From: a virus
IMG/VR virus record: IMGVR_UViG_3300035670_000033
Span: 74,072 to 138,071 of that record
Reading direction: 5' to 3' (one strand)
Length of the DNA stretch: 64,000 bases
Position 1 is the first letter of the stretch, and each line of letters opens with the position of its first letter. The notes under the pieces are model-generated. The model searched no databases. It was not told where the DNA came from and worked only from the letters and a program-made list of their open reading frames with translations. A program made the position numbers and the translations under genes. This document shows positions 7,966 to 17,636 of this stretch, piece after piece.

Positions 7966-9372
7966 CTATTTTGAACGGTATCTTTTAACCGCCTGTGGAC
8001 AGCATCCGCCAGCGTATTTAATACCGTATTCCCCTTCATCAAAACCAGCCCATTTTTTGGCTGTTTTACGGTTTTTCCATGGGTGGTCAATAGGCAAAAG
8101 ATCATTATCTTCCGAATATTTTACATCTTTGGGTTTTTCCGAGTTCAGCAAAGACAGGAACTTTGAGACCCGCTTATTCGCTTCTTCCCGACCGCCGTCA
8201 GCAAAACCTCTAACGAACACAACCTTAAGGTCGCGAAGGTTGGTTTTGGCAGAAGTTTTTGCTTTAGCATTATTTTTGCGCACCATAACAGCGAGATTAT
8301 TGATGTCTGTGCTTGTCACGGTTGGAGGCTTTTTCTTTGGCTTGGGTACACCTTTGTAAAAAAATATTCCGTCGTCCAGTACATCTTTTTGCGATCTTTT
8401 AGCCCCACGCGCAAGCATCACATCTCTCACATTTAGTTCCTCTGGAGTAACTACGTAAGGAAGTTTCTCTGCGCGACCTACTTCGTTAATGTGTTGTTGT
8501 ACTTCCTTGGGTGAAAGTTTATATTTGCGCGATGCGCGAAGGTATGCGAATTTTTGAATTCTGCGCATTTTTTTGGCGTATTCCTTGTCATCTTTGCTGA
8601 GACCTGAAGTTTTTACGATCTCATCAATTGATGATTTCCAATAATTCTTGACATCTTTTGCCTTGTCGTAATCTATTCGTGTTACAGAACGAGGTGCATT
8701 CGCTTCACGAGATGGGCTCTTGGGTGCATTTTGCCTTCTTCTCCGAACCATTTCTGCTTGATGTTCAGCAAAACTAAGGCGCTGTTTCTTCGGCTTGTTT
8801 GCTTTTGGTTTTGGCACTTTTGCTACAGGAATATTATCTTCGCCATCTGCACCCGTAGCGAAACCATCTCCGTCTCCGTCTTCAAGAGCACCCATCCCAC
8901 CGATCGGTTTGAACATTCTTCTATAACCACTGATTGAACGACCAAGCGCTTTTTCGTCCATTTCTGACTTCTTCTTAAACCCTGAACCTTGGCGTCGCGG
9001 ATTATTTATCGGACTGTTATCCCCGCGGATACCTGTGACACGGTTGTAATCAGAAACATTTGTACAAGGAAGCCAAACAAGTTTTCCATCGCGTGCCGTG
9101 TAACGGCGAATACCTATACATCCAAGGTTGCGTGCACGAATACGGGCAGACTCGGGGTCACTGAAAGTATCAGGATCTGTGGAACGGCTAACAAAGTTAA
9201 CGAAACCCTTTTCTTCTACAGGTTTCTCTAAAGTCTGCTTTTTATTCATGCCTTTGATGTACTCAGCAGGATTTTGATTTTTCACTATTGTAAAGTAATA
9301 AAAATCAGCCTTCTCATCAGGCGACAAGGTTTGTACGAGAATGGCTAATTCTCTTGATTCGGTAGGTGTCAT
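7966..9372 (-). CDS. Multi-module head-region protein
   Basis: ARNLGCIG..WLPC module, PIGG/DGDGDG module, degenerate copy of the start of the 9369 ART-like domain (PYVVTPEEL..ARG), and C-terminal LKVVFVRG..RVSKFLSLL..DNDLLPIDHP domain. Confidence 0.8.
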   Translation of the reverse strand: MTPTESRELAILVQTLSPDEKADFYYFTIVKNQNPAEYIKGMNKKQTLEKPVEEKGFVNFVSRSTDPDTFSDPESARIRARNLGCIGIRRYTARDGKLVWLPCTNVSDYNRVTGIRGDNSPINNPRRQGSGFKKKSEMDEKALGRSISGYRRMFKPIGGMGALEDGDGDGFATGADGEDNIPVAKVPKPKANKPKKQRLSFAEHQAEMVRRRRQNAPKSPSREANAPRSVTRIDYDKAKDVKNYWKSSIDEIVKTSGLSKDDKEYAKKMRRIQKFAYLRASRKYKLSPKEVQQHINEVGRAEKLPYVVTPEELNVRDVMLARGAKRSQKDVLDDGIFFYKGVPKPKKKPPTVTSTDINNLAVMVRKNNAKAKTSAKTNLRDLKVVFVRGFADGGREEANKRVSKFLSLLNSEKPKDVKYSEDNDLLPIDHPWKNRKTAKKWAGFDEGEYGIKYAGGCCPQAVKRYRSK

Positions 9373-10607
9373 ATGGTTTCCACAAATCCTTCTTCAACGG
9401 CGAGCATTGACCTATCCCATACAACAAAAAAATTGTCTTTAGTTAGAGCAGCCCTATGACCCTTAGCCGCGAAGAGACGACCAATATCGTCGTCTCCACC
9501 GAACTCACTTTTTCTACCGCTGTATCTCGCCTCAATCATTTCATCAAATTCTGATCTCTCTGTAACGGTGTTCGGGGGAATTGCCACCCTCATCACCGTT
9601 CCTTGCATCGCATTATTAATATAGGCGTATTGTCTAGCGGTTCTAAGGTCATCCGTAAAATAGATTCCATTAGCCTGATGACCCATACCCGCCCAGTAGT
9701 CACCTTCCATAAACTGTTTTGCCAACTGTTCAGATGTTGACAATCTATTATCAGGGGTGCCAGGTAAATCGGCGTTAAAAACATCCTTAATGCCTCGGTA
9801 AGCAATCGTCCAACCCTCTTGTTCCAACTGTTTCATTTTTTCAGACGAGACAACTTTTGGCTTGCCCGTAAAACCCTGTTTTTCCGCAATTATTTCAAGT
9901 TGGACATCTCCATATTGCTTTCCAGCAAGTTTGTATTCATTCGTTCGCTTTTTTATTTCTTTGTCGCCCTCTGATCTAACTTCAATAAAACCCCTATAGT
10001 TTCCAAAGTAAACTTTCAAATCGTCCGTAATGTCCTTGGCTCGCTTAAGTATTTTTTTAGTAGGGGCAGGAATATTGTCTTCTCCGTCAGGACCAGTAGT
10101 GAACCCGTCGCTATCGCCGTCAAACTCTGCTACACCACCAATAGGGCGACCTAAAGACTTGCCAGAAAACGAGCCAGTTACAAGCCCACCACCCGGCAAG
10201 GTTGCGATGCCAGTAATAGGTTTCTCGTCAAGGTTCTCCCAACCCCGTTTAGGTGCCTTGTGGTTGCAAACCGCATAATACTTTTTCCCTGCAAGCAGAA
10301 CAGTTCGTACACCACCACAACCACGAGCCTTAGAAATAGCAACAGCATCAGCACGATTCTCATAATATGCATCAGACTTTGTTTCTAAACGCTTGGTGCG
10401 TTGAACCATTTTCGGCAAAGGTTTTTTATTATTTGAAGCACGAACTTTTAAATACTCTTCTTTACCCTTTTTGATTCCCTCATATTCTTCGTGTGAGGCG
10501 CAAGGCATCCAACCAGCATCGGTCTCATGGGCTCCCTGACATCCAAGCATGCGGGCAACACGAAGCGCCTGATCCCTAGTGGTTTTATTCTTTTCGTCTT
10601 CAGACAT
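9369..10607 (-). CDS. Multi-module protein with C-terminal ADP-ribosyltransferase-like domain
   Basis: Two GCxG..(P/V)CxxH modules, PIGG/DGDSDG module, then AYRG...GHQANGIYFTDDLRTARQYA...VMRVAI resembling ART-fold domains on phage MuF proteins. Confidence 0.65.
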   Translation of the reverse strand: MSEDEKNKTTRDQALRVARMLGCQGAHETDAGWMPCASHEEYEGIKKGKEEYLKVRASNNKKPLPKMVQRTKRLETKSDAYYENRADAVAISKARGCGGVRTVLLAGKKYYAVCNHKAPKRGWENLDEKPITGIATLPGGGLVTGSFSGKSLGRPIGGVAEFDGDSDGFTTGPDGEDNIPAPTKKILKRAKDITDDLKVYFGNYRGFIEVRSEGDKEIKKRTNEYKLAGKQYGDVQLEIIAEKQGFTGKPKVVSSEKMKQLEQEGWTIAYRGIKDVFNADLPGTPDNRLSTSEQLAKQFMEGDYWAGMGHQANGIYFTDDLRTARQYAYINNAMQGTVMRVAIPPNTVTERSEFDEMIEARYSGRKSEFGGDDDIGRLFAAKGHRAALTKDNFFVVWDRSMLAVEEGFVETI

Positions 10608-10870
10608 TATTGTTTTTCTTTTTTAGATACTTTTTCAACCTCTGAAGCATATTCCATAGACATCGCGTACTGATCAAATAGTTCATCTATTTTGTCTGCA
10701 TTCTCTTTGTTCATCAGATACGAGACCATTGACTCAAGGTCACCATCTTTGCCATTTTCATTTGCATACCCGTAGGCAATGGCAATAATTTTAGAACGTG
10801 TCTCAGGGTTCTTTACTGTCGTTAGCAGTTGATTTTTGATTGAGTTTTTTTGTTCTGTTGTAAGTTTCAT
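10607..10870 (-). CDS. Small helical protein coupled to paralog A (candidate immunity/chaperone)
   Basis: 87 aa; TAATG stop-start overlap with the upstream gene. Confidence 0.7.
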   Translation of the reverse strand: MKLTTEQKNSIKNQLLTTVKNPETRSKIIAIAYGYANENGKDGDLESMVSYLMNKENADKIDELFDQYAMSMEYASEVEKVSKKEKQ

Positions 10871-13800
10871 TACGCCAACCTCGGTGGTTCCACCCGTATT
10901 CTAGGGCGAGCAATTTTTGGTTTCTTAGGGAGTTTCTGACCAATTTTTTGTTCAGCAAAAGATAGCGTTCCACCACCAAATCCAAGATTTGCTTTAAACC
11001 ATTGTTTCACATATTCCATTTTTTCCCTGTCGCCAGTAGGATCATCCAAAGCAAAGATTATGTCTTGATGCTGATACTGCTTACCACCTCGCGCCTGTGC
11101 GAGAATTGATTTAATTCTCGCATATTCTGCGTCATTGTTTATCAATCCGCCAGCACCAAAATCCTCATAAAATTTGAGAGGTGACTGAAGCACCTGTAGG
11201 TCTCTGTCTGCCAAGCCATAGTTTCTTTTGAATCCAACACGAGCCCAAACATATTGTCCATCATCGGCTGCGTTCACCATCGCCTTTGTGACACCTATTT
11301 GCTTCAGGTAAAGAAACGCGTGCTGGTTATAAATTGTTTGAATATCAGCGCCTCTATCTATTTTGCTTGTCACAAACATTGAATTTTGGCTTACCGTACC
11401 CTGCGATACGCTTACACTCCGAGACGATTTAGCGATTGCTGCTCTTATAACTTCACCGTTTGCGTTGATCTCGTCAAACGTAACCGAAATCTGAAACCCA
11501 TTTTGAGGAGACACTGTTGCGGTAGCACGGTAAAGTTTCCCGTTCTTGCCTTCAATTCTTTGGTGGGAATAAGCCTGTTTCAAGTACTCTGCCTTTTGCG
11601 GAGCAGTGAGTCTTCCCCATTTTACGGGTGTCATGTCTTCATATGGTGCACCACCGTTTGGGTGCCGTTGCTTAAGATACTTAGCAAGTTTCCCTTGACG
11701 ACGTTCAATCGCCTCGTTCACCTGATCATTGATCTTCTTCGCTACATCTTCTGGAAGCGGTCTAGGAATATTTGTTGCATCTGGATTGAAAACAAAACCT
11801 TGTTTCCTTCTTTCTGATGCTTTCCGTATTTCTGGTCCTAATGCTTCTATCAACTGAAGATGACCTTCATATTTGCCAATATCAGACTGTAATTGAGCAA
11901 TTTTTTTCATTGTCTCAACACGGTTGAATTCTTTTGCTTCTGGAGTATTTCCAATAGGTGAACGCATAAGTCTGAATTCTGCGCTTAGTTGTGTTTCTAA
12001 TTCGGTAAGTTTGGTTCGCACACCCGCGACACCACCTTGTGGTCTTACGTATCCGATATATTTTCTTTTTGCCTCGGTGACTAAAGCCGATACATCGGCA
12101 TCGGGGTTTGCTCGGAGCAAATCAGCAACTCTTGAAAGTTCTTTTTGAAAGTTCCGCACCGCTAGTTGGCGACCTTCATTTTGGTTGAACAATGCTTGAT
12201 CGGCTAGTAATCCAAGTTGTCCCAAAAGTTTTGGATCTTGCATTTGAAGCAATACTTCTTCAATCAGATCTTCATTTTCTTTTTTGAATTTGGCTGCTTC
12301 CATCTTTGGTGGAACATGCTTCAGTTCGTCTGGAACATCTCGGATATCGCGTGGCGATGGGGTGTCAACACTATTAGCGATCGGAGCGTCAACTGGAGGT
12401 TCTCCAGTACGGTTGGCGTCATAGATTTCCTGCCATGCGTCCCTGTAGTCTTTAATATATGTTTTAATGCGGGCAATATTTATTTCCTCGTCTTGCCTTC
12501 GTTCAATGAAGTCATTGTCAGAAAGTTCACCTCTAGCAATCGCTTGCTCTATACGCGCTATCCTTGCATCCGCTGCAACTATTTTTTGTGCGGCTTCAAC
12601 CAATTTCTGTCCGCGTCCAGCGCCAATGGGTGGGAAGTTGGCGGGGTCATTGATGATCATTATCCTGTCATTTGGCATGACATCATTTAAAACATAACCT
12701 TCAAAGTCTCTATCGTTAAGAACTTCATTCAGGTTAACCCTTTGTCCTGCACCACGCGCTCTATCCGCTCTGGCTTGGCGCATTCTTTCCGAGTTGGCAG
12801 CGTTGTCACTGTTGCCGGGTTGTGGGCGAGCGGGAGATGCCTCTGGTTTTGGTTTTCTGCGTTTAGGTCCTGCTACGGCACGACGCTCTTCCGATTCGGC
12901 ATCAAGTAGTGCACCAATATCGTTCCTGTCGGGGTTTGCCCTAGGGCGACGAGGTTTAACTACTTTTGGCTCAACAACTGAGCGTGGAGGCTGAAGACGC
13001 CTTACCTCTTCTTCCAACTTAACTATTTTTTCTCGTTGACGCCTGATTGCTTGTGGCGCCGCACTATTCTGTCGCATCATCTGCAACATGTCTCGTGCTT
13101 CGTTAAGATCACGCTCTGCTACTGCGAGCGGATCGGTCTCATTTGCTCGGCGTGTTGGTGCTTTAGGTTTCTTTGTTGCTTCAACTACGGCACGACGGCG
13201 ACGGCGAGCAGGCGCTTCACCAGTTCTTGGTGCACCCGGCTGTTCAATTTCGCGTTGCATTCTTCTTTGTTCTGATTCACGAAGATTTCCTTCACCTCGT
13301 GGTCTTGCAGGTTGACGTCTGCGAGCAGGGCGTGCAGGAGCATTGCGTCGTCTTAGTTCCGCCATTACTCGTTTGTAATCGTCGCTGTCTCTTCCGCCAG
13401 TAGCGTTCTCTAATTCGTCGCGCATTTCCTCTAAAACCTCTAGAGGTTCTGCGGCGAGAAGATTTGCTTCGTCACGGGCAGGGCGAGCGGGTGCTTGTCG
13501 TCTGCGTTGCGGACGAGGTGCAGGTGTTAACTCTCTAGGTGCTTCAGGTGTGTCAACCGACGGTGGTCGTGCAACAACAGTTCGCCTACGAGCGCCACGA
13601 GGACTAGGGGCATTCCCGCCATCCAGTCGCTCAGCAATACCACGTAAACCTTGCTCAAGACGACCAGCACCACCGCCTTGGGGGTTAAGTCTTGCAAGTA
13701 TTCGGCGTTCACGACGAGCAATACGACGACCACGGCGAGCATCATCAACATTTTCCAACCGTTGACCAATATCTGATATTTGATTAGCGATGCGTCGTGC

Positions 13801-14016
13801 GACCCCCCAACCGCAAGACCGACCAAAACGATCTGTTATCTGTCCACCATACCGTGTCCCCGTTGGACAGCGCCAGCCTCCACGACGGTTAGTGCCGGGG
13901 ATAGAAAGACTCGGATCCCACATGGCGCGAACAGCCTTGACTTCATAAGCAATAGTTGACGTGTTCCGTTCGCTAAGAAAAGATTTTGCCTTAAAGTCGG
14001 CGATATTCTGAAGCAT
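10870..14016 (-). CDS. Paralog A: shared RCPxG module, Arg/Pro linker, C-terminal GNAT-like domain
   Basis: VRAMWDPSLSIPGTNRRGGWRCPTGTRYGGQITDRFGRSCGWGVARRIANQI; C-terminal MFVTSKIDRGADIQ...KAMVNAADDGQYVWARVGF. Confidence 0.75.
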   Translation of the reverse strand: MLQNIADFKAKSFLSERNTSTIAYEVKAVRAMWDPSLSIPGTNRRGGWRCPTGTRYGGQITDRFGRSCGWGVARRIANQISDIGQRLENVDDARRGRRIARRERRILARLNPQGGGAGRLEQGLRGIAERLDGGNAPSPRGARRRTVVARPPSVDTPEAPRELTPAPRPQRRRQAPARPARDEANLLAAEPLEVLEEMRDELENATGGRDSDDYKRVMAELRRRNAPARPARRRQPARPRGEGNLRESEQRRMQREIEQPGAPRTGEAPARRRRRAVVEATKKPKAPTRRANETDPLAVAERDLNEARDMLQMMRQNSAAPQAIRRQREKIVKLEEEVRRLQPPRSVVEPKVVKPRRPRANPDRNDIGALLDAESEERRAVAGPKRRKPKPEASPARPQPGNSDNAANSERMRQARADRARGAGQRVNLNEVLNDRDFEGYVLNDVMPNDRIMIINDPANFPPIGAGRGQKLVEAAQKIVAADARIARIEQAIARGELSDNDFIERRQDEEINIARIKTYIKDYRDAWQEIYDANRTGEPPVDAPIANSVDTPSPRDIRDVPDELKHVPPKMEAAKFKKENEDLIEEVLLQMQDPKLLGQLGLLADQALFNQNEGRQLAVRNFQKELSRVADLLRANPDADVSALVTEAKRKYIGYVRPQGGVAGVRTKLTELETQLSAEFRLMRSPIGNTPEAKEFNRVETMKKIAQLQSDIGKYEGHLQLIEALGPEIRKASERRKQGFVFNPDATNIPRPLPEDVAKKINDQVNEAIERRQGKLAKYLKQRHPNGGAPYEDMTPVKWGRLTAPQKAEYLKQAYSHQRIEGKNGKLYRATATVSPQNGFQISVTFDEINANGEVIRAAIAKSSRSVSVSQGTVSQNSMFVTSKIDRGADIQTIYNQHAFLYLKQIGVTKAMVNAADDGQYVWARVGFKRNYGLADRDLQVLQSPLKFYEDFGAGGLINNDAEYARIKSILAQARGGKQYQHQDIIFALDDPTGDREKMEYVKQWFKANLGFGGGTLSFAEQKIGQKLPKKPKIARPRIRVEPPRLA

Positions 14017-14019
14017 GGT

Positions 14020-14337
14020 TTAAGCCTTAAAACTTTTTTTATTTGGAAGAGACTTAATTTGATTTTTATACATTTCTTCAGTTACTTGCCCATCAGAACT
14101 GTATTGTGCGGACATTGAATTAAGACGGTAAAGAATATATTCCATTCCGCTTCCCTCCAAAGGGATCTCGTTTCGTGCCGACGATTCTGAAAGAATTTCA
14201 ATAAGTTGATCAACAAGTTCTTTATCGGAAGCGTGTATTTCTACAAGTCCATCAATATTTTTTCCAGCGCAAGACCCATTTACCTTGTTTGTAAATGGAT
14301 CCATGAATTGACCTATAAAAAACTCTCTCATGATCAC
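14020..14337 (-). CDS. Small protein coupled to paralog B (candidate immunity)
   Basis: 105 aa; ATGA overlap with the paralog B stop codon. Confidence 0.7.
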   Translation of the reverse strand: MIMREFFIGQFMDPFTNKVNGSCAGKNIDGLVEIHASDKELVDQLIEILSESSARNEIPLEGSGMEYILYRLNSMSAQYSSDGQVTEEMYKNQIKSLPNKKSFKA

Positions 14338-17213
14338 CTTTGGTTACTTGGAATTATGTTGACTATCTCATTTTCGGCGTTGCGAAGGTTTGCAAGACTT
14401 CGTACCATGCCATCATAAAGTGCTCCTGCTCGGGCTTTATTTGAGTCAGTCTTACTTACTTTTTGCAATGCGTCTGTTATGAATTGTTCACGACCGACAG
14501 CAAGTGTTTTTTCTGTTTGCACAACAACCTGTCTGTACACTTCTTGAATTCGCGCATAAGTTTCACGCCTTTGCGCGGCTGACATAGCGGGTAGTGCGGT
14601 GCGCATAGTGGCAAGAATGTCCGTGTCCATACGAAAACCCCGTTGGTAACGATCAAATAGTCCTCCGTGATCCCTTCCAGCCCAACCCAAGTCCATCGGA
14701 ACGACATGCGCTAATTTCTTGCCGTCTGGTAATTCCACTACACGACCCATACCGTTGCCTCCGTGGCGGTCGCTAACACCAAGAATATAGTTGGCTAGAA
14801 CATTAGACAATCTTTCAGGAAGACCTTTATCTGGAAGGGCATTCAGGGCTCCTTTGTTGAAATCGTAGCCACCAGCAGCACCGCCGATTACTGCTCCTTC
14901 AGGCACGTCGTTGTGTGCCAGAGGGATCATGATGTAGGGGGTTCCTTTTCGGACTGTTCCAAGAGGCTTTCGTACATCTGCTTCAAGTTTACCGTCTTGA
15001 ATTGCTCCGTCTTCCAAGATCCCTACAGCAGCCAAGTAGTTCCATCCAATGAGTTCGCCGACATTGTCGGCAGGTTTTGCAGCCTTGAAAACCCATCCCT
15101 GATTAGTTGGATTTCCATTTTCATCACGCAAAAAGTAAATTTTAGTTACACCTACAGCGCCACCGTTGGGTTGTACTTTTTTGAAACGCTTATTCGTGTC
15201 TCGTGGATCTGATGAAGCGTTTGCTTCTATGGCAATGTGCATGAATTTTGCTGGAACCTTTTGTATGTCTCCACCATTTTTTATATGGTCAATCGCTTTT
15301 TGTTCCGTGTTAATTGTTCGGTCTTCTTCTGAAACAAATTTTCCAATTGGAGAATTCCGTCTATCTATCTTTAATTTGCCATGCGCATTTTTGCTTCTAG
15401 CAAATTTTCGGAAAGGAGATTTTTTTTGCTGTTTTGCTTGTTGCGCTTGCGGTGATGGTGGTGTCCTTGGCGTTGGTGGTTCAGGTGGTTCGCTATTTCC
15501 GTTGCTTAGATCCAAAAACTGTTGACTAAAATCGCGTAAGTAACGATTCAGTGACGCTTGACCCTGTGGACCTCGGTACTCTTGTTCTAGCGCGTCACCA
15601 TCAACGATATTTCTGGCTAGGAAACCACGAAATTTTCCGCTTTCTTGTGGGAGTAATTCAATTTCCCAGTTTCCTTTTTTCCATCTAGTTGAACCATCAG
15701 GTTGGTTAATAGCGTCCCAACCTTCTCCACCAAAATCGGGCATTCTTACATTTGCCCGTGCCGGTGCGCCTCCGTCCCCAGGTGTGACAAAACCGCGACC
15801 ATCTGGTGAGCGTCGCGGTTGGCGTGCAGGGCGTGCAGGGCGTGCAGGTGCTGGCTCGGGAATATCATTCGCTTGTGGTTTGCGTGATGCGCTACGACCA
15901 GCACCCTGTGCTGTTGCTTGCCGACGGCGACGACGGCTATTTTGTGGGCGACGATTACGAGGCGCTGGTGGTTCAAAATCTATTGGTGCTGAACGACCGT
16001 GTGCATCTTTCCAAGCATCGCGAAGATTATTTTTGTTGATCTCGTACCATTCACGGCGAGTCAACATTCCTGCGTTCCCGCCACCTTCGCGAATTTCTCG
16101 TACTCGTTTAGCGTATTCACCATATTTTCGTAATACATACGGTTTGAAATCTTCTGTTTCACCAGCGTCGGAAGCATCTCTTGCGGTGAGAACATCAACA
16201 TTTGCTGGTTGTGGTGCAACGCGCGGGCGTGCCTGTGGTCGTGCCTGTGGGCGTCGTTGTCCTGCTGGTGCTGGTCGGCGTGCAGGACGAGGTGTTGGTG
16301 CGGGTGTAGGCGCTGTTTCTGGTATTGCGTCACGACGACGGTTTCTCGGCACTCGTGCTGGTGCCTCAACTTCAGGTGTTTCGTCGTTGCGTCGTCCACC
16401 TCTATTGACTCTTCGGTTAATAGCACCCGCTAAACCTTCATTGTTTACCCTGTCCAACAAATTCCCTCGCCGTGGGGACTCACCTCCCTCAAGGCGATCA
16501 GCGATATTCCGCAGACCGCCTTCAACCCGACCAGTTTCCGCAACTCCGCCAAGCCTTCTCATCATTCGTGCGTTACGGCGATCAAGACGACGCTTCCGTT
16601 TGTCATCATCTCGTTGTTCTAAGCGTTCGCCAATGTCAGCAATTTGGTTTGCAATTCGTCGCGCAACTCCCCATCCGCACGAACGACCAAAACGATCTGT
16701 TATCTGTCCGCCGTATCTTGTGCCTACAGGGCATCGGAAACCGCCACGGCGGTTAGTGCCGGGGATGGAGAGGCTTGGATCCCAAACTGCACGAACACCT
16801 TTGATTTCAAAATGCGCTGACGAACGAGTTTGGTCAGAAATAAAAGAAGATGCTTTAAAAGTCAAAACATTTTTGAACTCTTCGTTAGAAAACTCAGAAA
16901 GCAAAACTTCAGAAATAGATAAAACTGGCAGGTTTTTGAATTCCATCGGCTCACTTTGAATATGTGCAAGTGAAGCAACTTTTTTCTGAACTGCTGTTCC
17001 TGATGGGCTCGGACCTTCAATTATTTTGGATGCATCCATTGACTGAACTAGTTCAGGCTTAGTGATTGGGGTGTCGGCGTATTCTTCGCGGAGTATCCCA
17101 ACAAGTTCCTTTGCATCTTCCGTCATCGGTTTGAATGTGGATCCCTTGGGGGTCGTTGAAACAACCATAAATGGTGTGTTGTCACGGTTCTTGATAATGA
17201 AAACTAGGTTCAT
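14334..17213 (-). CDS. Paralog B: shared RCPxG module, Arg/Pro linker, HipA/PI3-PI4-kinase-like domain
   Basis: Same N-terminal module after a ~115 aa extension; C-terminal GGAVG, WVFK, GELIG, ILGVSDRHGGN, VPMDLG. Confidence 0.8.
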   Translation of the reverse strand: MNLVFIIKNRDNTPFMVVSTTPKGSTFKPMTEDAKELVGILREEYADTPITKPELVQSMDASKIIEGPSPSGTAVQKKVASLAHIQSEPMEFKNLPVLSISEVLLSEFSNEEFKNVLTFKASSFISDQTRSSAHFEIKGVRAVWDPSLSIPGTNRRGGFRCPVGTRYGGQITDRFGRSCGWGVARRIANQIADIGERLEQRDDDKRKRRLDRRNARMMRRLGGVAETGRVEGGLRNIADRLEGGESPRRGNLLDRVNNEGLAGAINRRVNRGGRRNDETPEVEAPARVPRNRRRDAIPETAPTPAPTPRPARRPAPAGQRRPQARPQARPRVAPQPANVDVLTARDASDAGETEDFKPYVLRKYGEYAKRVREIREGGGNAGMLTRREWYEINKNNLRDAWKDAHGRSAPIDFEPPAPRNRRPQNSRRRRRQATAQGAGRSASRKPQANDIPEPAPARPARPARQPRRSPDGRGFVTPGDGGAPARANVRMPDFGGEGWDAINQPDGSTRWKKGNWEIELLPQESGKFRGFLARNIVDGDALEQEYRGPQGQASLNRYLRDFSQQFLDLSNGNSEPPEPPTPRTPPSPQAQQAKQQKKSPFRKFARSKNAHGKLKIDRRNSPIGKFVSEEDRTINTEQKAIDHIKNGGDIQKVPAKFMHIAIEANASSDPRDTNKRFKKVQPNGGAVGVTKIYFLRDENGNPTNQGWVFKAAKPADNVGELIGWNYLAAVGILEDGAIQDGKLEADVRKPLGTVRKGTPYIMIPLAHNDVPEGAVIGGAAGGYDFNKGALNALPDKGLPERLSNVLANYILGVSDRHGGNGMGRVVELPDGKKLAHVVPMDLGWAGRDHGGLFDRYQRGFRMDTDILATMRTALPAMSAAQRRETYARIQEVYRQVVVQTEKTLAVGREQFITDALQKVSKTDSNKARAGALYDGMVRSLANLRNAENEIVNIIPSNQR

Positions 17214-17337
17214 TGTTTACTTTCCACATTTGTGAAGGCATTGAGCAAGCCCTGTAAGTCTTGCGTCGCAATATCGCTACTGTAAAATGGTATCACTAAC
17301 GGCAGATATCAAAATTATGACACTGTAAACATATTAT

Positions 17338-17631
17338 TTATTTGTCTAATTTTTTGTGCCCTAATTGAATAAGAAAATTATCAATTTTCTCTTTGCTTGA
17401 ACCCTCGTATTTTAATATTTCTGCATTGAGGTAAGAGTACCCATGCAACATGTTTTCAAGAGTCGCCATCTTGGGGGAATTCTTCTTCATAGTTAGGAAA
17501 TGCTCATTATCTCGTTTGTCGTTATCGCGATTTTTTGAGTAATAAGTGATAATCCCCTTATCGTCTTCCACCAAAACAATTGGGGAAGCCTGAACCAGTG
17601 GATCCTTAGAGGTGATGATTGCCGCTCTCAT
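17338..17631 (-). CDS. Small protein directly after paralog C (candidate immunity)
   Basis: 97 aa; starts 5 nt after the paralog C stop. Confidence 0.7.
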   Translation of the reverse strand: MRAAIITSKDPLVQASPIVLVEDDKGIITYYSKNRDNDKRDNEHFLTMKKNSPKMATLENMLHGYSYLNAEILKYEGSSKEKIDNFLIQLGHKKLDK

Positions 17632-17636
17632 GATAT

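Noticed and set aside
15821-15847. Perfect 3 x 9 bp tandem repeat GGCGTGCAG
   Set aside because: In-frame PAR repeat within a disordered linker; cannot shift the frame.
15784-16959. 391 aa plus-strand ORF, and many other antisense ORFs in the track
   Set aside because: They lie opposite well-supported genes and mirror their Arg/Pro/Ala codon bias; no SD or recognisable domains.
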